Shown here: positions 39,579-52,653 of the stretch, in pieces
Numbering within the stretch: position 1 is the first letter of the stretch
Layout: each line of letters starts with the position of its first letter
Assembly: GCA_046563655.1 (NCBI GenBank)
Contig: CM102285.1
Coordinates: forward strand, 10,912,001 to 10,976,000
Source: Yuukianura sp. NJ FZ-2021
Lineage: Eukaryota
Direction: 5' to 3'
Length of the DNA stretch: 64,000 nucleotides
Translations under genes and position numbers: made by a program
Notes under the pieces: generated by a model
Told to the model about the DNA's origin: nothing
The model's database searches: none
The model's input: only the letters and a program-made list of their open reading frames with translations

Positions 39579-40710
39579 ATGGGTTGTGTGACATCGCTCT
39601 TTCGGAGACTCTCGAGAAGCTACACCTACTGCTTCGATGCAGATGAACTGACGTTCCACTCTGCTGGGACTATCAATTGCATCGGTAAGGAGAAACTTAA
39701 CCTTAACTTTCCTTTCCTTTTGACGTTAATTAACATGGGAGTTTCAAGAACATTGTCCTAATGATATTTTAATCTCAATTCTTTGGTTCCTTGCACCCAT
39801 TTAAACTATGGTAGGGGAAGAGCGTAAATCTGCTGGGCAGATATGGGAGGATACGCTCAAGTCTACTGCTCTCTGCGACATTCGTACAAGGTACCTTCTG
39901 CTGTCCGTGTTGGATGCAAGGGTCCGTCTCCTGCAAATTAGTCAAAAGTACAAAGATCAAGTTCTGAAATTGGATGATCTCAAGGACAAGTTTCCGGATT
40001 GGACAGAAGAACACATCTTGGACTTGGTTGACCTCTTCAACACTTTTGACACCGAAGACATGGGACTCATATCTCCTTTGGTTCTGTAAGGCTAAGGATC
40101 CTCCCACAATGAGAACTTTAAGCAATGTTCAAGGACTGCTTTTGTTTCGAAATGACATTGGATGCTTAGTAAATAGTCCTTTGTTTTCAGTGCAAGATGG
40201 TTGGACCATTTGGGAGATACTACTGACTACGTGACTCGAGCCTCATTACTTCTTGCGCTTAAAGGCGACACGAACTACATCCATGAGGAAAAATTTCTGG
40301 ATGTAAGGATTCATAAAGCATTGAACTAAATTAACTTGACCCCGAGCTCTTGGAAATTGCAAAACTACCCTAACTTTCTGAGAATCCTTAGTTAAATTTC
40401 GATGATAGTAAACTTTAGTCACAGTAAATTGTAGTTTTACTTTTAGCATGAAGTGATACTTTCTTTTCAAAAATTACGTAAATCCTGCGAAAAAAAATCA
40501 CGCATTACAGCAAATTTCATAACTTTTACCTTCGTTTGACAAGATTTAATTTTTCCGTGTTTCATTTTCTTTTTATAGTTGGTGTATTTCATCGAATCGA
40601 GCGTGGGAACTGATCATTCGATTATCATTTCCTTATTACGCGGATCAGTACTGATCAGACAGCTTCGTGCTCTCAATGCTACTCAACAAGTCTACGTCGG
40701 CCTGTCTTAA
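39579..40710 (+). CDS. Small uncharacterised protein with degenerate EF-hand-like region and MGC N-terminus, about 206 aa
   Basis: Four GT-AG exons 39579-39684, 39815-40085, 40191-40302 and 40579-40710 join in frame. EF-hand-like segments LVDLFNTFDTEDMGLISPLVLARWLDHLG and YIHEEKFLDLV. Confidence 0.72.
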
Positions 40711-42638
40711 CCTTTGACCTGAACAGGAACTCAAGGGAAGCATGTCAATTCAGAAACAATCATTACACAAAAGGTTTAACTACGGAATAAACTATTTAAG
40801 TTTGGAATTTTTGCAGAAAGTTTACAAAATTTTGGTTACTTTGAATTGTTAAACTTAAAGTTTACTCTTTGTGACCTCTAACCTATCATTATCCCAGTAA
40901 CTTTGCGAGCATAAGGTTTCATAATTTGCAAAAGAAAGTGTTTTTGAGTTTGATTTCTAATTTTTAATTCCATTGTTAAACCCTATTATTATGTTGAAAC
41001 ATGCAGAGTCAGGTTATTTTTGTTATTCAAAACTAATATTAGCTTACTCAACTTAAACGTGTGGCTAAATTTTGCAAAGGAGCAGAAAGTGAAACCACTG
41101 CGCAGTTGGTTAAGTTCTTGTCTCCGGCTTATGTCGCTGTTAAATTGTTTGGACTAAAAACTAGGTCTGTTTTTGTCTATCAAAATTTTATTGTTTCCTA
41201 CTTTAAACAAACAAGGCTTAACTAGGCCAAAAGCTATTTATTCCTATTTGCTACACTGAAGGCCTGATTTCTTTTCTAATTTTTTGTGATTCACTGGACC
41301 ACTTGAGAACCACTTCGTTAAGCTAACAATAGAAAATGTAGTGAAAATATTTTAGAGAAAGATGAGGATTGAACGCACGAGTGACGGCGACCGTAAAAGC
41401 ATGGATTAAAACATAATGAAACAGAAATAACACTTTTCAGTCAACACAGCAAGTAGAAGAAAATCAGTTTTTGCTGACAGGAGAGGCATTTTGTTAAAAT
41501 AGGAGTACTTTAGATTAAAAACACAATTGAAGTAATGTGTTTTTGTAAAGTAAGAGGGGAGGAAATTTTATATACTAGGCAATAATGCTACAAATTCTAG
41601 AGGGATGCGGTAGGGATTATGGAGCGTCTCGTCATCCACTACTACACCACATCATCATCATCCCTACGCTATAAAATTTCTGTTTCATGTTCAGTTTAGC
41701 ACGGCAACCTTCCTACGTCTCCGTGAATTGACTATAAGAGATTTGGTGGGATGAGGGTAGGGTTAATTCAGAGTCAGTTTTCAGAAGCTTAAGTGACATC
41801 AGGTTAACCAGACGAAAGGTAAATTTTTGGCAACAAAGTAACAAGTGATAAAAAATTTACCATAAGTACTACAAGTAATTCACACTTTATTACTGAAGTG
41901 GCATGAGTATTATCAAGTGGTTTCATGTAAATAGGATCAAAGGTTTCAGTTCCTGGTTCTCAATTGAAAAGTTTTGTGCCCCGTAGAGTTGTTAGTTTAA
42001 ACCACAAAAGTACATAATAGTAGTGTTACTTGTCATGGACCAACAGACTACTGGGTTACCCTGTGGGAGGATCTAAAACTACTTTAACTAACTAAATACA
42101 TTGTCATTAATAAATGTTTTAGCACCACGTTTTGGGGGAAACCCTGTTAAATTTTCAGTAGAAAAAATTCAAAGCCAAAAAAGGAATTTAGTACAACAAA
42201 AGGCTTGGGGCTTGCAAGTGTACATTTTCAGTTTCCACGACCAATTGTTAATTGTTTATCACCAACAATTGCTCTGTTCAAGTATACTTCGAGTGGCCAA
42301 GTGTGGGAATTTTTAGTTGGAGTTGTTGAAAAGAGTCAAGGACTTGGTGATTGATTGGAGTTAGTAACCATTTCTTAACCAATTCTGAAAGCGTCAGCAT
42401 CACTTTGAAACTTAAGCAGAGGTTTAAGCTGCAGCGTTTCTCAAGACATTTGACTTGAAGTCAGAAACAGAGGTGACTCAGTTGTTGTTTGGATTTGTCA
42501 TCTACAGGACTTGCTCAAAGGCAGCTTCTCCTCGCCTTGGAAAGTGCATTTTTCATAACAAGAGTAAAATCGAAATTTTGAAAAAGTCGAATTTGGAAGA
42601 AACGAATTTTGTCAATTTGTGACTACGGCTAAGGGACC

Positions 42639-43470
42639 ATGGAAGACGGACTTCGAGTGAAGAGCAGACGGAAGATTCAGATGAGCAGAGATGAAAGTGA
42701 GGATGGAATTACAGAAATTCGCGGTGAGAAATTATTCATTACTTAAGTGGAATCATTCAATTGACTCTGCAAAATTTAATCTCTTCACAGAAATTTCGTA
42801 CAAATTTTGATAGCTTGTACTAACATCCTATTAGCACTTAAATAACTTAAGTGATTATTGTTCATAATTTAATAGGACACACGCTCATCACACCCAAACC
42901 ACTTCCAAATCCTGTTTTGGAATCCAAAGAACGGAAGGAGCTCCACCGTGAACTGTTGTGGAATCAGAGGATGTGAGTTAACTAAATTAGTTAACAATAA
43001 AAATTTACTTAATTTTGGGTTAATTACCCCAATTGAGCAACAGTTCAGGAAATAGTTTGAGAATTAGGATGATTGTGCAAGGGGCCTTAACTGCACCGCA
43101 CCCTTGCGAAATTTGTTGCTCCGTGGTACTTAAACTTAAGAAGAAAGATGAGGAAAGAGGATAATGTTAATTTTTAGCACTTTGTACCCAAGTTGCTAAA
43201 GGTGCTAATGAGCTTAACGTTTGGTCCTCATTGAATGTACTGTTAGGCATGCAGGGGAAGCTATTAATCTATTCAGAATACAAGCTAATGATTCGGATTT
43301 GTGTTTCTTTTAGTGGTCATCAAGTGCTAAATACCAAGTCAGAACTGCAGCGAGCCCTGGAAGAAAGACGGTTTCAGCAAATCCGTAAAAATCAGGCGTC
43401 TGAAGATGCTCCGCTACCTGAATTTATGCAAGTCCACAAGCGGATTACAAGTGGAAATCAAAGTAGTTAA
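42639..43470 (+). CDS. FAM107: FAM107-family protein (DUF1151), about 112 aa
   Basis: Exons 42639-42723, 42876-42972 and 43314-43470. LITPKPLPNPVLESKERKELHRELLWNQR and KSELQRALEERR match the FAM107 signature (LIxPKxLxNP...LHRELL...ELQRxLExR). Confidence 0.88.
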
Positions 43471-44180
43471 TGGCTATGGAAAAACGGAAACTAGAAATAT
43501 CCACAAGTTAATTTGTATACTGGTTTAACTAAAAGTTCAAACTAGAAAAAGCTAAGGAAGAATTACAAGTATTTACATTTCCGCTTCGAATCTTTAGAAT
43601 ATTTTGCAATTAAGTAGATCAATCCCATTCCCAACCCAACTTTGACATAATTTCACACTTTGTAAGAATCAATTCAGATCATTGCTAAATAGTTAGTATT
43701 AAATACATTCTTACACACTTGGATAGATAGATTATTGATTGTTGGTTTAAGAACCAACGTTTCGGTTTTAAATTTTAAATAACCAGAAAATCTGAGTCGA
43801 AAGTCCTAGTTTTCTGGGCTTATGCCCTTTTATTTATACTAATAAAAGGGTGAACAGAACGGTAGTGTGAACGGAGCAATTAATTGCTGATTAATTAAGT
43901 AATTGAGAGAGAGGTATATCCAAGTGACTTCAACTTAACTATGAGAAGAAGTGGGAGAGGAGCTGCGAGGCTGAGGAACATGTTGCAACATGTTCTGACG
44001 CCTGCTCGGTTCCAATTAGAAAAAGAAATGAAACAACTTTGAATGGTGTTCAAAATGAAATTAAAGAAGGGGTGAGGGGGCTTAATTTTAAGAGAACGGA
44101 CACGGACGCTAGTCAGTTCTCTAAACATAAATAAGAGTTGAAAAGAAGATGACGATGGTTGGTGGAGTATTCGTTGAATA

Positions 44181-44962
44181 TTACTCCGATTCGGTGGTGC
44201 TCATTTGATCTTCCTCTTCACTCGATAATCTAAAAAACCGAGCATACATTCATAGTAATAATTACGTTACATACATACATTAATATTGCAATTGCACAAA
44301 ATTCGTGATTACAAAAAATACAACTACTTTAACTCACGATTTATCACGAGCTTCTTGAATCTTCTCCCGAATTAGCTCACAGAATTCCGTGCAATCATCA
44401 CCGTAGAAATCTAGTGACATTTCCACACAATTTGGGTTTTTCTTCTCCGATGTGTTTACTAAACGAATCTTCCGAGCATGTACAGGTTTTATCCGTCCAT
44501 CAGAATCTTCGACATTGAGGTCGGACTCCGACTCCTTGACTTCCACATAACGCGTTAAGAAGAATGCCATGTTAAGTCTGAAATGCCGAAATCAGAAATA
44601 AGCAATTAATTCCAAACCAAACCCAAAGTAAAGAGAAGCGATTACCCTTCCCTAAGCCACCACTCAGTATTACGCGGCAGGTTCTTAGACCGGTCTAATT
44701 TGGCTTTGTAGAAGTTCAAAACTGTTTGTCCGGTTCCTCTATCTACTAGAACTGCTACCTCAATTTTTTTATAGGGTTTTTCCAGAAGTACTTTGTTCAC
44801 ACCGTTAACCAACTCGACTAATTTGTAGAACTTTGGTGGATCATCGTTTAGTCCAGCCATCTTCTTTTCCTTAATGTTCCGTCTTCTATCACTGCACAGT
44901 TTCTTGAAACTTTCGAGAAGTTCTACGGGTAGGCCGTAGGTATGAGGAGAGCTAGTTCCCAT
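44181..44962 (-). CDS. Hypothetical protein, about 201 aa (or shorter if it starts at MAGLNDD, 44860)
   Basis: Three exons 44646-44962, 44338-44577 and 44181-44229 join in frame with GT-AG boundaries. Composition is protein-like; no family recognised. Confidence 0.65.
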
Positions 44963-45962
44963 CTTGAGAATGGAAAAACACCCCGTCGTCAACGTTGTCA
45001 GTGAGGTAATTTGCTGTTAATGCTAAAATTCAAAGTTGGTACAGATTAGCATTGCATTATTTTCAATATGTATTCGTGTGCTAGATAGAATCTCCTCATT
45101 GGTAAACTTCCACTGTGTTTTGTTTATCTAAAAAGTGAATCAAGGAATCAACACCAACATCGAAACTGCAAAACTTAAGCAGGGAGAAAAAAGTTCAAGG
45201 TCTTGTTGAAATCGTAAAATGCAGTTAACCTATTTGCAAAAATTCTTCTGACATCATTTCGTTGTTTAATGTTGTGGTAAAATTCTTTTTACTCCGGTTA
45301 CAATTTTGTCTTAACTTCTACCGATTCGTCTCCTTGTGTCGTTTTTTTTGGATTTCTACTCCACTGAAAAATTAAAACTGAACTCTACTTACAACTGAAA
45401 CTCGTCCTTCCCTTCGTCCACTTCTGTGATCGTGTGATTCTGTGATTTCTATTTTGACGAGAACAACTTCAAAGTCGGATTCAATTCATTCAATTTCATA
45501 ATGCCTGCCTAAAAGCCTACCCATCTAAATTTAAAAATTCTAACCGGAAACACTGGAACGTGTGAAGTGACAGCAAGAACTTTGTAGGAAATTCACAATT
45601 TACGATTGAGATAACCTACATAACAAGTACTGTGCAAATGAAAGCGAACTCGATGTAAACGGTGCGGTGGGAGGTTAAACACGAAGACTTACTTTATAAA
45701 GGATAAACGGATTGTTTCATTTTAAACAGCTGATTGATGTGTTTATCACTCCCGTCCCGTGCCAGTAGTATTCTGTTTACCTTGGTCCCGTGCCAGATCT
45801 ACTTCACGTAACGTTATTAGGGTGTTTACTACAGTACCTCCCTTTTTTTAGTTTTGTTCGACTGTCATCGGCTCTCGTATATCTTGTTTATCATTCGTTC
45901 TCAAGATTTGTGACTTTTTAATCTTGTGTGACTGAAAATCGCACTAATATTTTGTAAAACGC

Positions 45963-48900
45963 ATGGAGGAGGTGACGTCTAAACAAAATGGTGCAATTGG
46001 GAGTGACATAGTTGTACTTGCAATCAGCAAGTCAGAAATCGAGCCTCCCGAAGTACAACTGGAGAGCAATTGTGGTGACGAAGATCACGACGACGACAGA
46101 TTTAATCCTTTCCTAAATGTGACAGACCCGTATTCAATTTCCAGTGAACACTTCCTGGAACCAGAGTCTGACAAAGACAACTGTAGCCAAGCTGACAGCT
46201 TACTCAGTACCCCTGTACACAAACGTTCAGAGGAGGTGAGCAGTACGCTGATAATCAACGAGGAATCGGTATGGGTCAAATTTTCAGAACAACAATATCT
46301 TCATTGACGAATCTCAACGAATCTCATTTACTGTTCTTTTTGTTTGTTGTATTTCAGCCAATTGATGACTCTGAGTTTAACATTCCGGAAGTCGATTACG
46401 AGCCGACACTTGAAAGCGTATTGAATGACTTAGATCGAGAATCATTGTACGATGAAGAGGACGTTACTTCTATACTGCCTGGATTTGGATTTCATCAACC
46501 GGACGATACCGCACAAATACCGAAGCTGGTACTATGAGTTTTTAGAAAGTAAAGCGTTAAAAGGGGTTAACCTTTACATTCGTTTTTGTTATATTGTAGG
46601 GTAACTTCCCGGATGGTAGCGACACAATCTCAATCATTTCCAAAGAAAGTTCGGGTAATCAAAGTAGAAGTTCTAATAAGAACTGCAAGCCGAAATCAAG
46701 TGTAAACAACGTGAAAAGACCGAACTCGATACTTCGCCATGTTGTTCTCAAAAGTATATCATCTCAGATAAACTCTGCCTCTGTAAGTTTTGCGTAAATC
46801 CTGAACCCTGAATCGTTTATTAGTGGTACTCACGCATGTTTGCAGTAACTTGTTGTTCATAGTGAATTGATAAAATGTTGATTTAGGAAAAACTTAATGC
46901 TGGCAGTCCAACGGCAATCTGCCTCGGATCATTGGTTGCGATCGGGACGTCCCATGGATTCGTTTTAGTTTTTGACGTTCTACAAGTGCTAAAGTGGTGC
47001 CTAGGGGAACAGAGTCTTCGTGAGGCTGGAGGTTCTGTGAGCAGTTTGACAATAAATCCGAATGGGAGCCGATTGTTGGTAGGATACGCAAAAGGTCTAA
47101 TCCTTATGTACGACCTCGGAAAAGGCAAATTAATTCGGTAAGTAAATCCTTCGTCAACTACTATTACTAATCATTGTTTATAAAGTCTGACACAGTCACT
47201 GCTTTCTTCCAGAACTATCTCCGATGCCCATGCAGTGGCAACAGCAGTGCTGACACTCAGGGTAAGACAAATCACTAGGACTTGAATAATGTAATCCCTC
47301 ATTGTCATTATGTTTGCAAGCCGTATGTCCGTTTCCTATTTCAGTTCACCGATTTGCCAGATCTCGCACTTTGTGGTGACAGTGGTGGCTCCGTGTTTGA
47401 GCTCAATTTTAAACGCACAATTGGAATTCGGTCTTGTGATCCTCGATGTATCTTCTCTGGCAGCAGGGGCGAAGTATGCACGTTCGAGCCTTTACTTTTA
47501 GCATCTTTTCCAGAAAACCCACTCAGCAAATTCGTTTTAATCGGGTTCGCTACTCTGTCAAAGGTATGATTTCTGTATATTATTGCTGATCGTTTCTATT
47601 TCTATTTGGCCTCCTTATAAATTCAAATTGAATTTCGTTTCAGATTATCGTAGTTATGATTCGACCAAAGCTAAAAGTCTTATTCACGCACCCGCTACCC
47701 TGTGATCCAACTACACTTCCTCTAGTCTCCTGGCAAATGGTCATCATTCAAACAACATTGAATGAGAAGATTGTTGATCCAGTGCTAAGTTTTGCTCGTC
47801 AAAACGTTATTACATTTTACCAAGTAAGATTTCTCTTAATCACACCTTTATTGAGTAATTGCTGTGCAAGGGTTTAAGATAAAACTCAATTGCAGGTGAC
47901 TTTAGATACCCAAAATACAATTCGATTTCTTCCATTACGAACCATGACGTTGGGCTACAGCTTGCTGAATATGCATTGGCTAAATGCTCGGACGTTGGCC
48001 TTGGTCGACATAAAGGAGAAGCTAAGGATCCTCGATGTTCGGTCACAAGAAGAGCTGGAAAGCATAGACTTGTCAGGAACGAGATTAGTTTACGCCAGCA
48101 GTCATTACAAAGGACTCGCCACTGGAGGAAACGTCAGCAAAGCTTTTGTAAGAACAATGAACTAGAACTAACTCTTATTTTACTAATAATGACTGCTCTC
48201 AATTCGAAGTTTATTGATTATTCGTCTCTTTTTTCGTAGGCTCTAGCTGGGGAGCGTGCTTGCTACAACTCGATCTTGTGCCACAGCAATTTCCAAATCG
48301 TTGTGTTGGGTACAAAATCAGTCCACGCCTTAACAATGAGGTTATGGCATGAGAGATTGGATTACTTGGTTCGACAACACTATTATATTGATGCAATTCA
48401 GCTTGGGTATGAGTTGTATCTTGCAAAAGCAAAAGCCGTTGTTGGACTGGAAGGAAACAAAAATTCCAAACGACTGATCGTCAGGGACAAGGTATTTCAA
48501 AACAACGCAATAAAAATTATTCTAAAGTGCAGTAGAATTGGTTTAATCGTTTTGTTGCTTTGCTTTTTAGATTTTAAATATTCTGGACCGATTCGTAGAC
48601 CGAATTCCACTACAGAACTTCATGGATGACCTTACCCAAGCTTATCAGAAGTATCACGAAGTCATTTATACTTGTATAAATTACTACGTCATTCTGGAGA
48701 ACATGTGAGTGAGTTTAAGTTGTAATTTAGGACTTGATTATAGTTGTGTCTGAAATTCTTTTTTCTTGTAATACAGAGATCCAATATTTGGCAAGCTGTA
48801 TGAATTCTGTATTGAGAATCCTTTCTCCAAGTCAGCCTACCTTGAATCTTTGGAACCATTCATTTTAAATGATCAGCTGAGACAAATGCCGCCTGTGATT

Positions 48901-51900
48901 GTCAAGGATTTCGTTACACATTATGATGAAATCGGGAACTACAAGGTAAGCGGATGTATACTTTTTACTTTAAGACTTAGGGAGTTATATGCATTCATTG
49001 TTTAATTGAAGGCGCTGGAAGCGTGCATAGTTCATGTGGATGTTGCTGCTCTCGATATTCACCAAACGATGAAGTTGTGCTGGGCTCACGGACTGTACGA
49101 CGCAATCATTTATATTTACAATCAAGCAATGAATGACTATGTTACACCGCTGGAAGAGCTTATGACTGAACTGAATAGTGCTATTTCTGCAGGTAGGCGT
49201 ATGACAACTTTCACTGATTTAACTTTTATTTGGTTTGCCTTAACTAATAATTGCATACACATTATTTTTTTCTTGTAGAGGCACAACTGACAGATTCTCA
49301 AGTTATTCTTGGGAACAAACTTTTGGTTTACGTATCGTGTTGTCTTGCTGGAAGAGCTTACCCATATGGCAATATTTCTCCTAACTTGGTGGAAAAAGTA
49401 CAAACGAATGTGTTCCAGTTGATCACGTCGCTCCACTCCCGAAATTCCATAGAAAGCGAAAAGGGTTTCCCGTATTTACGGTAAGTCCTGAAAAAGTAAC
49501 TCAATTACTGAATAACTGAATGAGTATTACTTGTGTAGTATTACTATGTTAAAAATGAATTTTGTTGCCTTCCAGAACGTTTCTTCATTTTGACACGAGA
49601 GAATTCCTGAATGTACTTTCCCTTAGTTTTGAAGAACCAATTTTTAAATCGGAGCTGGGAAAACGCCAAAAGCAGAGAATCGTTGACATTCTACTTCAAG
49701 TGATGGTGGAGCAAGGGAATTTTACGGTAAGTGATATGCTCATTATAAGTTTTAATTCACACTATTCAATTTCCTTCATTGTTTTGCAACTAATCTCTTC
49801 TAGCCGACACAAGTTGGAATCCTGTTCACCTTTCTGGCGCGACAAATGGCCAAACCGGAAAGTAATTTATTTGTCAGCAAACTACTTTTTGAGCAGGTAA
49901 CTTTAAATATTGTAAATCCTTTATTATTGTGTTACTTTATTATTGTGTTTTGTTGTTGTTCTTTTTTGAATACTAGGTTTTGGAACATTTGACAAGCGCA
50001 AATGAGATTTCACGAATTGATGAACGGCAGCAGGCGTTAATGGAACTTCTTCTAGCCGGCGGCTTGCAGCATTTTGATTCTGAAAAGCTGCTGCAAAAGT
50101 GTCTCAAAGCAAAATTGTGAGTTACTACAAGAATCATGAAATTCATGCTGTATAGCATTCTGTATGTATTCCGTGTTTTAGCTACCGTGTCTGTGAAATG
50201 CTGTATGAACGGAAAAACGACTACTCACAAATTATTGACTGTTATCTTCTGGATGAAGCTCGGAAACATCAAGTATTTTCTTTCTTGCACAAAATATTCT
50301 GTCTGATGCCTCAGAAGAAGGAGGTGTTTCAAGCGAGAGTGATGGAGCACCTAGAGGTTTGTCTGACGCTTTAGTCGAAGTAATTACCTATATATGTATT
50401 ATTTCATACTTTTTTTCTCATTTTGGACAGGAATTGATTGAGATCGACAATAAGAAGTGCGCCCAAGTGGTCTACCTTCATCTGGGGAATCTGATACCTG
50501 ACCTAGTTAGATCTCTAGATTCTAAACCTAGCAAGCAATATTCGTTTCTCCAAGGCGTCTTTTTCACCAGGTAAGCAGTCATTTCTGTTTGGAAGTATTC
50601 TGTGTGCGATTCGAATGAAAGGTTGAGTAACTGGAATTGTCCATTGTTGTTTTCATTATCCGCAGGGAAGAGAATCAAAATAATATTCAAGTCGATATTT
50701 CAACCACGGAGAAGTACATTGGATTGATGTGTCAATTCAATCCACAACTTGTCTACCCCTTTCTTCAGTCCATAGAATCGTATAGATACGAGCAAACGCT
50801 GGAGGTCAGTGTTAAAAACCAATTGATTTCATTTCATGTCCAACCAATTAATGACGAAATCTGTGTGTGATAGATTTGCAAAAAACACAAACTAATAGAT
50901 GCCATGGGATATTTACTTGAGAAAGAAGGATACATCAACGAAGCATTCGATCTGATGTTGGACCAATTTAAGTCGAAGTTAACTCAAGTGAGTAACTAAA
51001 TCGATTTATGCGCTACAAAAAATTATTTATCTAAACACTGTACTGTACCGTTTGGTTACTCTTGCTTTAGGTTTATTCTGAAATTGAACATTCTGGTGCC
51101 ACAATTGTTCTGTCAAGTATTTCCTGGAATCAACTCCAAGCCATCTTCCTAGTCATGATACAATTTTCTCAAAGAAATTCACCAAAACTTCTTCCGAATG
51201 ATAAGGAAACGCTTTGGTTGCCACTTCTGCAGCTCCTGATTTCCGCCCACAACAAATTCCAGGATAGAAGCGATGTTAGCGCTGCCTTCAACGATATGAA
51301 CAAACATTTACTTGGAAGCATGATGGGCCATGTCTCTCTTCCAACAATTGTCGAAGTTGTTCTGAACAATCCTTCGTATCGGACTGCTACGTTTGGTGAA
51401 ATTCGTGAACTGGTGACAGGTATGTTCCGAATTGCATAAACAAAAGTCGAGATTTGTTGCTCTCTCTATTTTGTCAATTTTTGCTTTTATTTCTATTGAA
51501 GGGATGCTGGAAACATGTACCTACGAAGAAATTATGGTAGACTTGGTCAAAAAGATTACGCAGTCCGATGTGCATAAGAAGATGACTGAGAAATTGAAAC
51601 ATACGAGAAAAGGCGTGCCATGCAAAAATTCAATTTGTACAGTTTGTGATTCTGGTATTGTGGACTATTCGTCGGATGAGTCTGAAATCGTCGTCTTTCA
51701 GTAAGTTAGCTTAGTAATTCCCAGTTTAGTTTTAATAAGGAATGGCTTATCTAAGTTTTGATTTCGTTTTGTAGATGCGGACATTCGTATCATTTGAATT
51801 GCTGCCAAAGAAGGGAAATGAAATCATGTCCCCAATGTACACCGCCGAGTGTCGTTCCAAAAGTCACTTCCGTAGTAGAATTGGATGCTGGATTTCACCA

Positions 51901-52423
51901 TCCAAGACAGCACACTGCCTCATTGTAAGTTTCCATTTTTCTTTGTTTTTGCTTGGGATTTGCAAAACCTGAACGCTTTGTGTTTTGAAATACGGGGCTT
52001 TTTATAGCTTTGAAACACGAAGGGTGTTCTGTGACCACAATCGAATATGGCAAACGGGATAAAGTTGTCTCTAATGGTTATGGTAGCGTGATGAAAGTGA
52101 AAATGTTTCTAAAACTGAAACGTTTGCCAAAATTGTCTTTAAGTCACATACAGTCTTTCGTGACGCATTACCTTACCGGTGATTTACAAATTGTGAATCA
52201 CAATGTTCTTATGAAACCTTTCCCTCCTTCCGTGCTTAGAGTGAACTAACATTAGCAAAATATAGTGAGCAGTGAGTAGAAACATTGGAATTGAATGTTA
52301 CCACTGATTTTCAGCACTGTGAACGAGGGAAATGATGTCCAGAACACTGGCGCTTTCATCAGTCATGCAGAGTTTGGGCTGAAGCTCGAAGTTCCTTTCA
52401 AAGTCAATCTCAAAGAGTTCTAG
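45963..52423 (+). CDS. VPS8: Vacuolar protein sorting-associated protein 8 (CORVET subunit), more than 20 exons
   Basis: Acidic N-terminus; beta-propeller region (VAIGTSHGFVLVFD, DSGGSVFELNFKR); VYASSHYKGLATGGNVSKA; LGNKLLVYVSCCLAGRAYP; FDTREFLNVLSLSF; clathrin-repeat-like solenoid; C-terminal RING-H2 (CTVC...CGHSYHLNC...CPQC). The terminal exon 52315-52423 is inferred from frame. Confidence 0.93.
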
Positions 52424-52466
52424 ACCGGATTATTAGGGAATTTTAGGTAACTCCACTCTGCCTAGC

Positions 52467-52508
52467 CATATTTAATACTGTCCAGTACATATTTAATACT
52501 TTCCAGTA
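52467..52508. repeat. Two-copy 21-bp tandem repeat
   Basis: catatttaatactgtccagta followed directly by catatttaatactttccagta (1 mismatch). Confidence 0.85.
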
Positions 52509-52653
52509 ATAATTGATGTTTCCTTTTGTTTTTGCTCATTTTATTTTGAATTATTGACTTGTGCCAGTTAGCATTGTAGCTCTTGTAAACTTCAACAGAA
52601 ATACAAACAGAACAATCCATAAGTTTAAGATTCTAGTAATTATCAATGCAGAG

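Noticed and set aside
52008..52062. Possible alternative terminal VPS8 exon (FFETRRVFCDHNRIWQTG-stop)
   Set aside because: An acceptor is present, but the downstream exon 52315-52423 gives a more VPS8-like ending; cannot be supported without RNA data.
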